This document shows, piece after piece, positions 26,800 through 33,970 of a stretch of 51,710 nucleotides of DNA (within the stretch, counting starts at the first letter, position 1; each line of letters opens with the position of its first letter). Made by a program: the position numbers and the translations under genes. Below the pieces are notes generated by a model. The model made no database searches. It had not been told where the DNA came from and saw only the letters and a list, made by a program, of their open reading frames with translations. The DNA lies in IMG/VR virus record IMGVR_UViG_3300002091_000003; one strand, given 5' to 3'. This DNA comes from a virus.

Positions 26800-27429
26800 T
26801 TATCTAGCAAATCTTTTCTGGGGGGTAGGGGGGTTTGTTAGAGTTTTTAGCCATGGGTGTATTTCTGCATGACAGCTAGAGCAAAGACTGACTATATTCT
26901 TCTTTTGATTTAATCCACCGTTTTGAAGTTGGATTATATGATGCCTACAGTGGGCTTGACCTAAACAAACAAAGCATTTCTTGTTAATTTTCAACTCTGA
27001 CCTGTGAAGTGTTTTTTTAATCTTATTAAACTCTTCTCTTTTGTCTGCTAGGCTTTTTGGTTTAAAAATTACCATTTGGCTGTATTCTATTAGAAAAAAA
27101 ATACGCTCTTTTTGGGTTTTTACTCCACTATAAATGTTTGTTTTAAGTGCTTCTCTTTTGATTTTGTTTGCTCCTTTTACGGAACAATCATCAAAGAAAT
27201 GTCTCCAGAATTGTATTAACAATTTTTTATGCAAACATTGAGCTTGCGATCCATTTAAACAATGGAATATTTTTTGATCAGCTTCATTCATACTACAAAT
27301 ATGGTTGATGTTAAAGGCTGGTTGAGAACGCAATTCTCTCCAGCCTTGTTTTTTATACATGATTTTATGTTTCAAAGCAACACTTGACTCTTGATTAAAT
27401 CTGGCTCTACCTTGCTTTAAATGAAGCAA
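26800..27429 (-). CDS. HNH endonuclease (homing-endonuclease-like)
   Basis: CFVCLGQAHCRHHIIQLQNGGLNQKKNIVSLCSSCHAEIH is an HNH/His-Me finger motif. Convergent with terL. Confidence 0.8.
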   Translation of the reverse strand: MLHLKQGRARFNQESSVALKHKIMYKKQGWRELRSQPAFNINHICSMNEADQKIFHCLNGSQAQCLHKKLLIQFWRHFFDDCSVKGANKIKREALKTNIYSGVKTQKERIFFLIEYSQMVIFKPKSLADKREEFNKIKKTLHRSELKINKKCFVCLGQAHCRHHIIQLQNGGLNQKKNIVSLCSSCHAEIHPWLKTLTNPPTPQKRFAR

Positions 27430-27605
27430 CTGCTTAAACAGATCATTGGACTTCTAGCCTATCTCAATGGCTTCTGTCCTTTCTGCTACCATGCAATAAA
27501 GTCTTGCAGTAGCCATAGCTGCCATGTATGCAGCGTAGCAAGTCTGATCAAGCCAAAAGACATTTGGCACAGATTCATCACAAGCAACCACAAAAATAAA
27601 ACAGT

Positions 27606-27923
27606 ATGAAACCAGAAGATGATGCTGAAAAGATTTGGAAAGATGCTTCCATAGCGGGAATAGAAAAATACATTACTGGAAGCAAAGAACACAAAACACA
27701 ATTTTGGACTGCTGGTGCAGGATGGTATGCCAAGAACCTCAAGGATGAGCAGCTTGATTTGATCAGTTACCTTTACCACTTGAACAAAAGAATCTCCATT
27801 TGTAAGAGCCTCGCAAGGATGATGGAAGATGAAGAAGTTTCTTTACGGGATGCAGCAAAGCTCCTCAAAACATTGATGTCAGACAACCCTCCAAAGAAGC
27901 TCTCAAGAAACTCCAATGATTAA
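27606..27923 (+). CDS. hypothetical protein, translationally coupled to the phosphoesterase
   Basis: 105-aa ORF that overlaps the next gene by 8 nt. Confidence 0.6.
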   Translation: MKPEDDAEKIWKDASIAGIEKYITGSKEHKTQFWTAGAGWYAKNLKDEQLDLISYLYHLNKRISICKSLARMMEDEEVSLRDAAKLLKTLMSDNPPKKLSRNSND

Positions 27924-28716
27924 ACAAAAAAACCCCGTTGGTGCAATTGTAGTATCCGATCTACATTGCGGATCAGATGTTGGTCTTTGGCCTGACAATC
28001 ACATTACCTCAACTGGTAATAAAATCGGCATTGGAAATAATCTCCATCAGCAGTGGTTGTGGCAGTGCTGGCAGGACATGGAGGAAACGATCAAGAATCA
28101 TTTTGGAGATGATCCATTTGTTCTCATCGTCAACGGTGACTGTATTGAGGGTCGTCATCATGGCTCTAGCGAGGTTGTTACTTCCTTGAACTACGATCAT
28201 ACCCTTGCGGCAATTGAATGCCTTCTACCCCTATCCACGAAGGCTAGTGCTACCTACATGACTGCTGGTACGGAGTGCCATGTCAATGATTGGGAAAAAA
28301 TGATCGCCAATGAGATCCATGCAAAATGGCTAGGCAACAAGGGGCTTTTAGAATTTAATGGTGTCCTCATGGATGTTGCTCACCATATGCCTACCAGTTC
28401 CAGGTCGTACTTGGAGGCTGGAGCCATGTCCATTACGATGGGGAATGCCAGACAGAATTACTCCCGTGTAGGCCACAGGGTTCCAAGAGTTTATTTACGA
28501 GGCCATCGGCACACGGGGGGAATCTTTAATGATGGATCTGGAATCTTCATGGTCACTCCAGCTTGGCAGTTGCTTACCCGATATGCCCATAAGGTTGTAG
28601 GTGATTCGATTTGCAGACCAGGCTTTGGGATTTTAGATTGGCGTGGAAACAAGACAGGTGAACTACCAGCAACCAAAATGCACATCTATGAACCAACCGA
28701 AACTAAACCCCTCTGA
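27916..28716 (+). CDS. calcineurin-like metallophosphoesterase
   Basis: Ordered motifs VSDLHCGS, VNGDCIEGRHH, GTECH, VAHH, GHRH fit the DxH/GD/GNH(E)/H/GH pattern. Confidence 0.65.
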   Translation: MIKQKNPVGAIVVSDLHCGSDVGLWPDNHITSTGNKIGIGNNLHQQWLWQCWQDMEETIKNHFGDDPFVLIVNGDCIEGRHHGSSEVVTSLNYDHTLAAIECLLPLSTKASATYMTAGTECHVNDWEKMIANEIHAKWLGNKGLLEFNGVLMDVAHHMPTSSRSYLEAGAMSITMGNARQNYSRVGHRVPRVYLRGHRHTGGIFNDGSGIFMVTPAWQLLTRYAHKVVGDSICRPGFGILDWRGNKTGELPATKMHIYEPTETKPL

Positions 28717-28984
28717 AGCTGATCTTATAGCGTCCATTGAAGAAGCAGCAAAATATAAAAAGGCTATCTTTCATAAAGAAGAGGATCGTACAGGATGGCG
28801 TTCAAGGAATGAAGTTCTCAACTTCATCGGGCTAAAGAAAACTACTGGTACAAAGTATATTCATAAAGCCGTTGAGGAAGGTAGGCTTGAAAAAAAGAAG
28901 TTCAAAGTTGTTGTTGGAAACAGTTCCCAAATGGTTCCTTTTTACAAAGTAGTAGAAGACGATGAAATTACCCGCCCGTATTAA
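28688..28984 (+). CDS. hypothetical protein (possible winged-helix DNA-binding)
   Basis: ATG at 28688 inside tracked ORF 28643..28984. The segment NEVLNFIGLKKTTGTKYIHKAVEEGRL is HTH-like. Start uncertain. Confidence 0.45.
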   Translation: MNQPKLNPSEADLIASIEEAAKYKKAIFHKEEDRTGWRSRNEVLNFIGLKKTTGTKYIHKAVEEGRLEKKKFKVVVGNSSQMVPFYKVVEDDEITRPY

Positions 28985-29213
28985 ACTTGAAGAAAGGAAA
29001 TTGGGTAGGGAGAAAGCTCATGGATTAGCCCATAATGGAGAAGACAGGATAGAAGTAGATCCATCCCAATCATCCAAAATGAGGCTTGATACGGTTTTGC
29101 ATGAGGGGATACACATCCTTGACCCTAACCTTTCAGAATTGAAAGTAAGAGCCTATGCCAATCGGCTATCTGCACTTCTTTGGAAAGACAGATGGCGCAG
29201 GATTGAGAAATGA
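28962..29213 (+). CDS. small HExxH protein (minimal zinc-metallopeptidase-like)
   Basis: 83 aa. LDTVLHEGIHILDP contains HExxH. The overall pattern (I.vD...L.t.lHE..H....SE..v...a..L..lLW) recalls a small phage protein family. Confidence 0.5.
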   Translation: MKLPARIKLEERKLGREKAHGLAHNGEDRIEVDPSQSSKMRLDTVLHEGIHILDPNLSELKVRAYANRLSALLWKDRWRRIEK

Positions 29214-29408
29214 TTATGCGTATTCTAAAACATTCTTGGAATGATGTGCAATAAGCTGAAGGATTGCTTTCCCTTCATCGGTAGCAACATGACCCGATCC
29301 TTGGCACTTCCAGCAGGGTTCCCCCTGGCCTTCATCGTACCAATCGCGTCCTGTACCACCGCACTCATTACACACTTTTTCAAGAGTGCTTGGATATGTG
29401 TGTTTCAT
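29214..29408 (-). CDS. DnaJ-type zinc-finger mini-protein
   Basis: 64 aa with two CxxCxGxG units: CNECGGTG and CWKCQGSG. Confidence 0.55.
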   Translation of the reverse strand: MKHTYPSTLEKVCNECGGTGRDWYDEGQGEPCWKCQGSGHVATDEGKAILQLIAHHSKNVLEYA

Positions 29409-29465
29409 ACAATTCCCCGTATAGCGTGAAATTTTTTTATAGCAAGATATATTTTTAACTATTTT

Positions 29466-29687
29466 ATGGATACAAAAGAAGCATTGAAGAGGGCAAAGGA
29501 TCTTGCCTCAAAGGGGGAGGAGTATAGCTTCCACTTGAAGGACATGACTCCAAATGATTGCTTGATGATTAAGCACTTTGTTTTAGGATTGCCAGAGGAG
29601 CTTGCCTTGAAGACCATCTATGGGAAGGCTGCCTGGAAAGACAGGTTGAATGTACCAAGGGGCAGGGGTAGACCTACAAAGAAGTAA
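29466..29687 (+). CDS. small protein with a C-terminal AT-hook-like motif
   Basis: 73 aa ending PRGRGRPTKK (GRP core flanked by basic residues). Confidence 0.5.
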   Translation: MDTKEALKRAKDLASKGEEYSFHLKDMTPNDCLMIKHFVLGLPEELALKTIYGKAAWKDRLNVPRGRGRPTKK

Positions 29688-29691
29688 TCCA

Positions 29692-29808
29692 ATGAACAAG
29701 AAACAATCTAAACAGCACAAATGCCCATCCTGTGGTAGTGACTGTAAACCCAACCAATGTGCCTCCTGTAGGGATAGGATGGCAGATGTCTATAGAAGGA
29801 TGAAATGA
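29692..29808 (+). CDS. possible 38-aa zinc-ribbon peptide
   Basis: Hand-translated MNKKQSKQHKCPSCGSDCKPNQCASCRDRMADVYRRMK with CxxC...CxxC. Below the track cutoff. Confidence 0.3.
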   Translation: MNKKQSKQHKCPSCGSDCKPNQCASCRDRMADVYRRMK

Positions 29809-29846
29809 CTTTTTACCGATTGGTGTAATGGTAGCACAGGGGACTT

Positions 29847-29920
29847 TGCCGTGTGGAGGAATTGGTAGACTCATCTGCCTTTGAAGCAGACTTTTCTAGG
29901 TTCGACCCCTAGCACGGCAG
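29847..29920 (+). tRNA. tRNA-Gln (anticodon UUG)
   Basis: Hand-folded cloverleaf: acceptor TGCCGTG/CACGGCA, anticodon stem TCTGC/GCAGA with loop CTTTGAA, T arm CTAGG-TTCGACC-CCTAG, 5-nt variable loop. U1-A72 and G73 as in bacterial tRNA-Gln. No encoded CCA. Confidence 0.88.
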
Positions 29921-30414
29921 CTTTTACCTGCATAGGTAGATGTCTGGCTGTGGCAGTTAGGACACAGCAAGCAAAGATTTTCAATTCGATGATCGTTTGA
30001 AACTCCGTTTTTATGTTCAAGCTGCAAAGTTAATTTTTTCCCATTCCAATTTCCATAATGTCCACAATGATTGCATTCAAATTTTATCAAACCAAACTTT
30101 AATAAATATGCCTTAATGCATTTTCTTTGACGCTCGGAATTTTTAACAAGCCATTTTGATTTAAATTCATCTATTGTTATTGTTCTACCAATAATAGAAG
30201 ACTCTCTCATGCCAACCATGTGATCTTTGTTCAATCCGAGATGTGCGATTCTATTGTTGACAGTGTTAAAGTTTCCGCCCTTGTTTGCCACGCCTAAAGC
30301 AGACAAAACATCTTTCATCCTTTTAGAATTATTTATAAGATTTATAAAATCATTTTCAGGGTAAATCCAAATAGAGCTAGTTTTTTTTCTGCTGGTAGTA
30401 TTCTTATTTGTCAT
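29896..30414 (-). CDS. HNH endonuclease (homing-endonuclease-like)
   Basis: CNHCGHYGNW...LEHKNGVSNDHRIENLCLLCPNCHSQT. The last 8 codons overlap the tRNA 3' end in antisense. Confidence 0.8.
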   Translation of the reverse strand: MTNKNTTSRKKTSSIWIYPENDFINLINNSKRMKDVLSALGVANKGGNFNTVNNRIAHLGLNKDHMVGMRESSIIGRTITIDEFKSKWLVKNSERQRKCIKAYLLKFGLIKFECNHCGHYGNWNGKKLTLQLEHKNGVSNDHRIENLCLLCPNCHSQTSTYAGKSCRARGRT

Positions 30415-30447
30415 TAATCTATACTACCTATAAAAACATAATTGTCA

Positions 30448-30475
30448 AATGGTTCAAGTCCATGCCGAGTAGCCA
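30448..30475 (+). other. tRNA 3'-end-like fragment (T arm, acceptor strand, discriminator, CCA)
   Basis: AATGG-TTCAAGT-CCATG CCGAGTA G CCA has correct T-loop consensus and spacing to CCA. No matching 5' half upstream. Confidence 0.45.
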
Positions 30476-30870
30476 ATCCACAAAAGATTGCACGAACGGC
30501 AAGGTTTTGTGGATCTTTACAATTCCAAGACACTTGTTGGTAGATGCATAGGATTTGAAATGTGGTTCAGCGGAAACGGTAACAGAGTAATCTGTTAAAT
30601 AAACAAAGTTGTTTTTTTGTTTTTAACAGGCTGTAAAAAAAACACATTATTTTTTAGAAATTACCATTCAAAAGTAGTATAAGCCATTTACCACCAATAG
30701 GTAGTACGCAATCAATAGTATTCACATGGTCACATTCAATAGAAATTTTAATCATTTGCGGAGATTGACGAACAAGAATAAATTGATCTATATGTCAAAT
30801 AATACTCCCTTTGGTGTATAAAATGATAAATATGTCAATTCGCCAGCCAGTCGTGGTCTTTTACAAAACC

Positions 30871-30884
30871 TTGACAAATATTTA
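30871..30884. promoter_or_regulatory. TTGACAAATATTTA box (reverse complement of 24576..24589), one of several TGTCAA boxes in this non-coding region
   Basis: Exact 14-mer. Related copies at 30438-30450, 30789-30800, 30827-30839 and 31732-31741. Confidence 0.5.
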
Positions 30885-31057
30885 TAAATGAATAGGATTT
30901 AAATTGGAGTCAGGTGAAGCCCGTAACACGGATAGGCATGGCTCCTCAACATCGGTGGGGGAATGGAGGGGGGTATTATCAACTATAGCGTCATGCGTAA
31001 CCAATCTGGTTGTTGATAAAATCTAGCGACCTCGACCCCTTCCGATCACTTTTTAAA

Positions 31058-31363
31058 ATGAACACAACCGACACACCACGCACCGATACCTGCAATCATT
31101 GCGGATCGCCAAGAATAAGCCCCTTGTGTGCTTACTTCACTTGCGAAGCTGATACAACCCAGCGCGATGAAGATAAGCGCACGCATCTTTGCCGCGAACG
31201 CGAGATGAACCAGAAGCTAGAGGCCGAGGTCGAGAGGCTGAAGGATCGGCTCAACGATTGCCTTTCATTCGTTGCATTTCATGGGCCAGTAGGAGCAACG
31301 CCAGACACAGCAAAGCTATTGGAGGTGCGGATTCTAGCAACCCTCAACCCCACCGACAAATGA
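31058..31363 (+). CDS. hypothetical coiled-coil protein, N-terminal TDTPRTD motif and Cys cluster
   Basis: ATG at 31058 inside tracked ORF 31010..31363. 101 aa. Paralogous N-terminus to the next gene. Confidence 0.6.
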   Translation: MNTTDTPRTDTCNHCGSPRISPLCAYFTCEADTTQRDEDKRTHLCREREMNQKLEAEVERLKDRLNDCLSFVAFHGPVGATPDTAKLLEVRILATLNPTDK

Positions 31364-31683
31364 CCACCAACACACCACGCACTGATGCCATTATTTCTGC
31401 AATCGACATGGATCAAGCCTTTCAAGATTTATGCCGACAATTAGAACGAGAGCTTTCCCATTCGCTTGCAAATCAAGTCAAGGCACAGGAAAAGATAGAG
31501 GCATTAAGAACAGAGAAAAACGCCTGTCTAGCTGGAAACAAATACTACGGAGATAAAGCCGTAGTTCTTCAAGACAAGATCAATAGAGCCATTGATGTGT
31601 TAATGGAGCGAATCCAAAACGATCAGATTGAAGAACAAGCCAGCAATATTTTGAAAGAAAGAAACCACACTATTTCTTCCTAA
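31360..31683 (+). CDS. hypothetical coiled-coil protein, N-terminal TNTPRTD motif
   Basis: ATG at 31360 overlaps the upstream stop (ATGA). 107 aa. Confidence 0.6.
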   Translation: MTTNTPRTDAIISAIDMDQAFQDLCRQLERELSHSLANQVKAQEKIEALRTEKNACLAGNKYYGDKAVVLQDKINRAIDVLMERIQNDQIEEQASNILKERNHTISS

Positions 31684-31866
31684 AGTATAGTTTGCCATAT
31701 CGGTCATTATAGCAATTAATGTCAGCTATAGTTGACAATTGTAGTGTGCTTGAGATCGGCGGCTAGATTCCCCTTATAGTGGAATATCGCTACCTTGGCT
31801 AATCATTTGCATAGATAATCTCGTTTTCTTTACTTATCAAGAATGATATGTAAAGCAAACCATTCT

Positions 31867-32331
31867 TTACTTTAAACCGTCTTTTTGTAAAGGCTGCTTC
31901 CCTAGCAACCGCTTTACCTCATTTAACTCATCCTTCAATTCCATATGCTCATTCCTCAACCTTTCATGGTTCTCAAGAGCAATCTTATCCAAACGAACAT
32001 CTTCAGTTAAGGAATCCAAAACATCCTGCATCTTTACCAGTATCTCATAAGAGTTCCTATCAATCTCCACATCATGCAGCAAATGCTTCCTATCCTTCTC
32101 TGCTTGCCTACCAGAACTCATCAATATTAAAGGTGTCGCATATGCCGCTTCAAACGACAAGAATAGGTTTAAAAGGATGAAAGGATACCGATCATAGCCA
32201 ACTACTCCAGTAGCATTTAAAACGATCCACACGGTCAATATGCACGATTGGATAATGATGAATTTCCATGACCCAATAAAGGAAGCTATATCATCTGCCA
32301 ATGCTACACTAAACCTCTTCAGTTTTCTCAT
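31867..32331 (-). CDS. DUF1003-like membrane protein
   Basis: GSWKFIIIQSCILTVWIVLN...YDRYPFILLNLFLSFEAAYATPLILMSSGRQAEKDR fits my recollection of the DUF1003 signature (GSW.F...FDPYPFILLNL.LS..AA..AP.I.MSQNRQ..RD). Coiled-coil tail. Confidence 0.65.
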   Translation of the reverse strand: MRKLKRFSVALADDIASFIGSWKFIIIQSCILTVWIVLNATGVVGYDRYPFILLNLFLSFEAAYATPLILMSSGRQAEKDRKHLLHDVEIDRNSYEILVKMQDVLDSLTEDVRLDKIALENHERLRNEHMELKDELNEVKRLLGKQPLQKDGLK

Positions 32332-32527
32332 CTTTCTTCTTTATCCCAAAGGTTTCATTATGCCAAACCTTAATCTGGTCACTACCAAAATGCAATACCC
32401 CCCCACCCTCACTTAAACACACCGTCCAGACATCATTCTCATACATCCCCCCACTCTCCACATAAATAGCATACCCATCCCCTAGCGGCGTTACCACAGG
32501 CATTGGCCTCCTAAACTCATGGATCAT
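32309..32527 (-). CDS. hypothetical protein
   Basis: 72-aa ORF overlapping the downstream gene start by 23 nt. Confidence 0.5.
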   Translation of the reverse strand: MIHEFRRPMPVVTPLGDGYAIYVESGGMYENDVWTVCLSEGGGVLHFGSDQIKVWHNETFGIKKKDEKTEEV

Positions 32528-32591
32528 ATAAAAGGAACCCCCAGTGCCGCTACAAATAGCAGAAACACTGGAGGTATAATTTAAATTACTT

Positions 32592-32981
32592 CTAGTGGAG
32601 GAAGGTCAGCTTATACAGCGTAGAATCAATCAACTCGGCAATACCATCTACCAAGTTCTGAATCTCACTGTCCTCACCCAATCCATCCCTGTTATCCCTC
32701 AAAACATCCTTCAAGTAATGCATAAAATCAAGTGCAGTCCCATTGCCACTCGCATTAACAGTCTGGTTAGGATAATCCAGTATCTCCCCATGCAAGCCCT
32801 GCCAAGCCTCTACAACGCTATCCACCAAGTCTGGCAACGCACTGTAAAAACTTCCCAACGCCTTATGCTCCGAATAACTCCTGCTCTGCAAATGCAAAAC
32901 ATGAGTGATAGTCGCCGCATTCAATAGAGTAATCAATAGTTCATTTGGTTCCATAGAACCAACACTTACCAACCACTCCAA
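32592..32981 (-). CDS. four-helix-bundle, Dps/ferritin-like protein (tentative)
   Basis: ITHVLHLQSRSYSEHKALGSFYSALPDLVDSVVEAWQGL resembles the Dps-type H..H...F....D.i.E pattern. The start may be the internal ATG at 32954. Confidence 0.35.
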   Translation of the reverse strand: MEWLVSVGSMEPNELLITLLNAATITHVLHLQSRSYSEHKALGSFYSALPDLVDSVVEAWQGLHGEILDYPNQTVNASGNGTALDFMHYLKDVLRDNRDGLGEDSEIQNLVDGIAELIDSTLYKLTFLH

Positions 32982-33143
32982 CCCAAGTCAAGCATCTATC
33001 TTCAATCTTAAAAGGATTTAAAAAGAGAGGAAGTTTTGGAATTAGGATATTTTTTCAGTGGGGAGTGTGTATATTTAACCGCACCTGCGCGGGGGCTGGT
33101 GGGGAGGGGGGAGACCCCCTAAAGAATGCTTTAATAATTCTTA

Positions 33144-33713
33144 TTAAGTAGAGGCTGGAAGCCCTACGATTTCAGCATCAATTATGCTTGGAGAATTACC
33201 TTGAACTAATGTGGCGTTCGGCTTACTCAAATTAATAAGAAACAGGAAGGGATTAGTTATGTTTACTTCTCTGTCTTTATACTCATCTCCCGCCATCTTG
33301 TTGTCTATGTTTAATGCTTCCAGCTTTGATACCATTTTCCTCACACGCTTAACATTACCCTCCGCATCAACTTCCTCGCGCAGCTCCTGCACCAGGTCAG
33401 GATCTGGCGAGGCAGCATCAGCCCTAACGGCCCTAGCCAGGAAAGCCCTTTTCTCACTAAATGAAAGAACATCAGCTTGGAATGCTCTCTCCTTTAACTT
33501 CCTGACATAGTCTTTGACTCGTTCTTGTTTAAGTAACCTACAACCTCGACTTCCTTGATCCTCTACCCTTCCAGATCCCACTACATAGCCTGCTCGACGG
33601 TAGCTTTCCGCAATGGAGAGACCTTTCAAAATGTGCAGTTCGACGAACCGTTTTTGGCGAGTGTTGAGAGGCTTTTGATTCGGTGATTTTGGACTAGTTG
33701 GATTTATGTTCAT
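33144..33713 (-). CDS. terS: terminase small subunit (Terminase_2-like)
   Basis: RQKRFVELHILKGLSIAESYRRAGY...LLKQERVKDYV matches the N-terminal HTH pattern of small terminases (kq..Fv.eY...gn...A...AGY). Confidence 0.65.
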   Translation of the reverse strand: MNINPTSPKSPNQKPLNTRQKRFVELHILKGLSIAESYRRAGYVVGSGRVEDQGSRGCRLLKQERVKDYVRKLKERAFQADVLSFSEKRAFLARAVRADAASPDPDLVQELREEVDAEGNVKRVRKMVSKLEALNIDNKMAGDEYKDREVNITNPFLFLINLSKPNATLVQGNSPSIIDAEIVGLPAST

Positions 33714-33733
33714 GGGCTGTGGATGCTGATAAA
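33714..33733 (+). repeat. direct repeat copy 1: GGGCTGTGGATGCTGATAAA
   Basis: 19 of 20 nt identical to 33854..33873. Both copies are preceded by ATG. Abuts the terS start codon. Confidence 0.8.
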
Positions 33734-33853
33734 ATGGGGCTGTAGGGCTGGAGGCTGATTCTAACTGGCTCTAGGGGCTAAAAAGCTGAAGGAGTATTGC
33801 GCTTGGTGTTAGTAATTTTAAAAAAAAACGGGTCAAAAAGTCAAGCACAAAAT

Positions 33854-33873
33854 GGGCTTTGGATGCTGATAAA
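33854..33873 (+). repeat. direct repeat copy 2: GGGCTTTGGATGCTGATAAA
   Basis: See copy 1. Spaced 140 bp away. Additional GGCT(G/C)TA(G/C)GGGC motifs lie at about 33738, 33769 and 33878. Confidence 0.8.
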
Positions 33874-33941
33874 TGCTGGCTCTACGGGCAATTGGTGTTT
33901 TCAGCTTTTGATTGCTTTTGAAAATAATTGAAAATATTTGA

Positions 33942-33970
33942 TTGACGGGGTAACGGTGCTGTTGTAGGGT
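33942..33970 (+). promoter_or_regulatory. sigma70-like early promoter candidate
   Basis: TTGACG, 17-nt spacer, TAGGGT, preceded by an AT-rich tandem TTGAAAATA. Weak -10, and host promoter rules are unknown. Confidence 0.25.

Noticed and set aside
26531-26872. A 113-aa ORF directly after terL.
   Set aside because: It starts at a non-ATG codon, contains the terL terminator hairpin, and overlaps the convergent HNH gene 3' end. It is likely non-coding.
29823-29846. A D-arm-like sequence (GTGT-AATGGTA-GCAC) suggesting a second tRNA upstream of tRNA-Gln.
   Set aside because: No anticodon stem can be formed (GGGGA has no complement) and it runs into the acceptor stem of the real tRNA. At most it is a relic fragment.
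30948-30975. A G-run stretch (GGTGGGGGAATGGAGGGGGGT) as a G-quadruplex.
   Set aside because: There are only two long G-tracts plus two GG dinucleotides, so at best it is a weak two-tetrad structure. It was not pursued.
33711-33878. Two 5-codon mini-ORFs (MGCGC and MGFGC) formed by the 20-mer repeats on the plus strand.
   Set aside because: There is no RBS and no downstream gene to regulate on that strand. The first ATG is simply the complement of the terS start region, so the repeat itself is the more likely signal.
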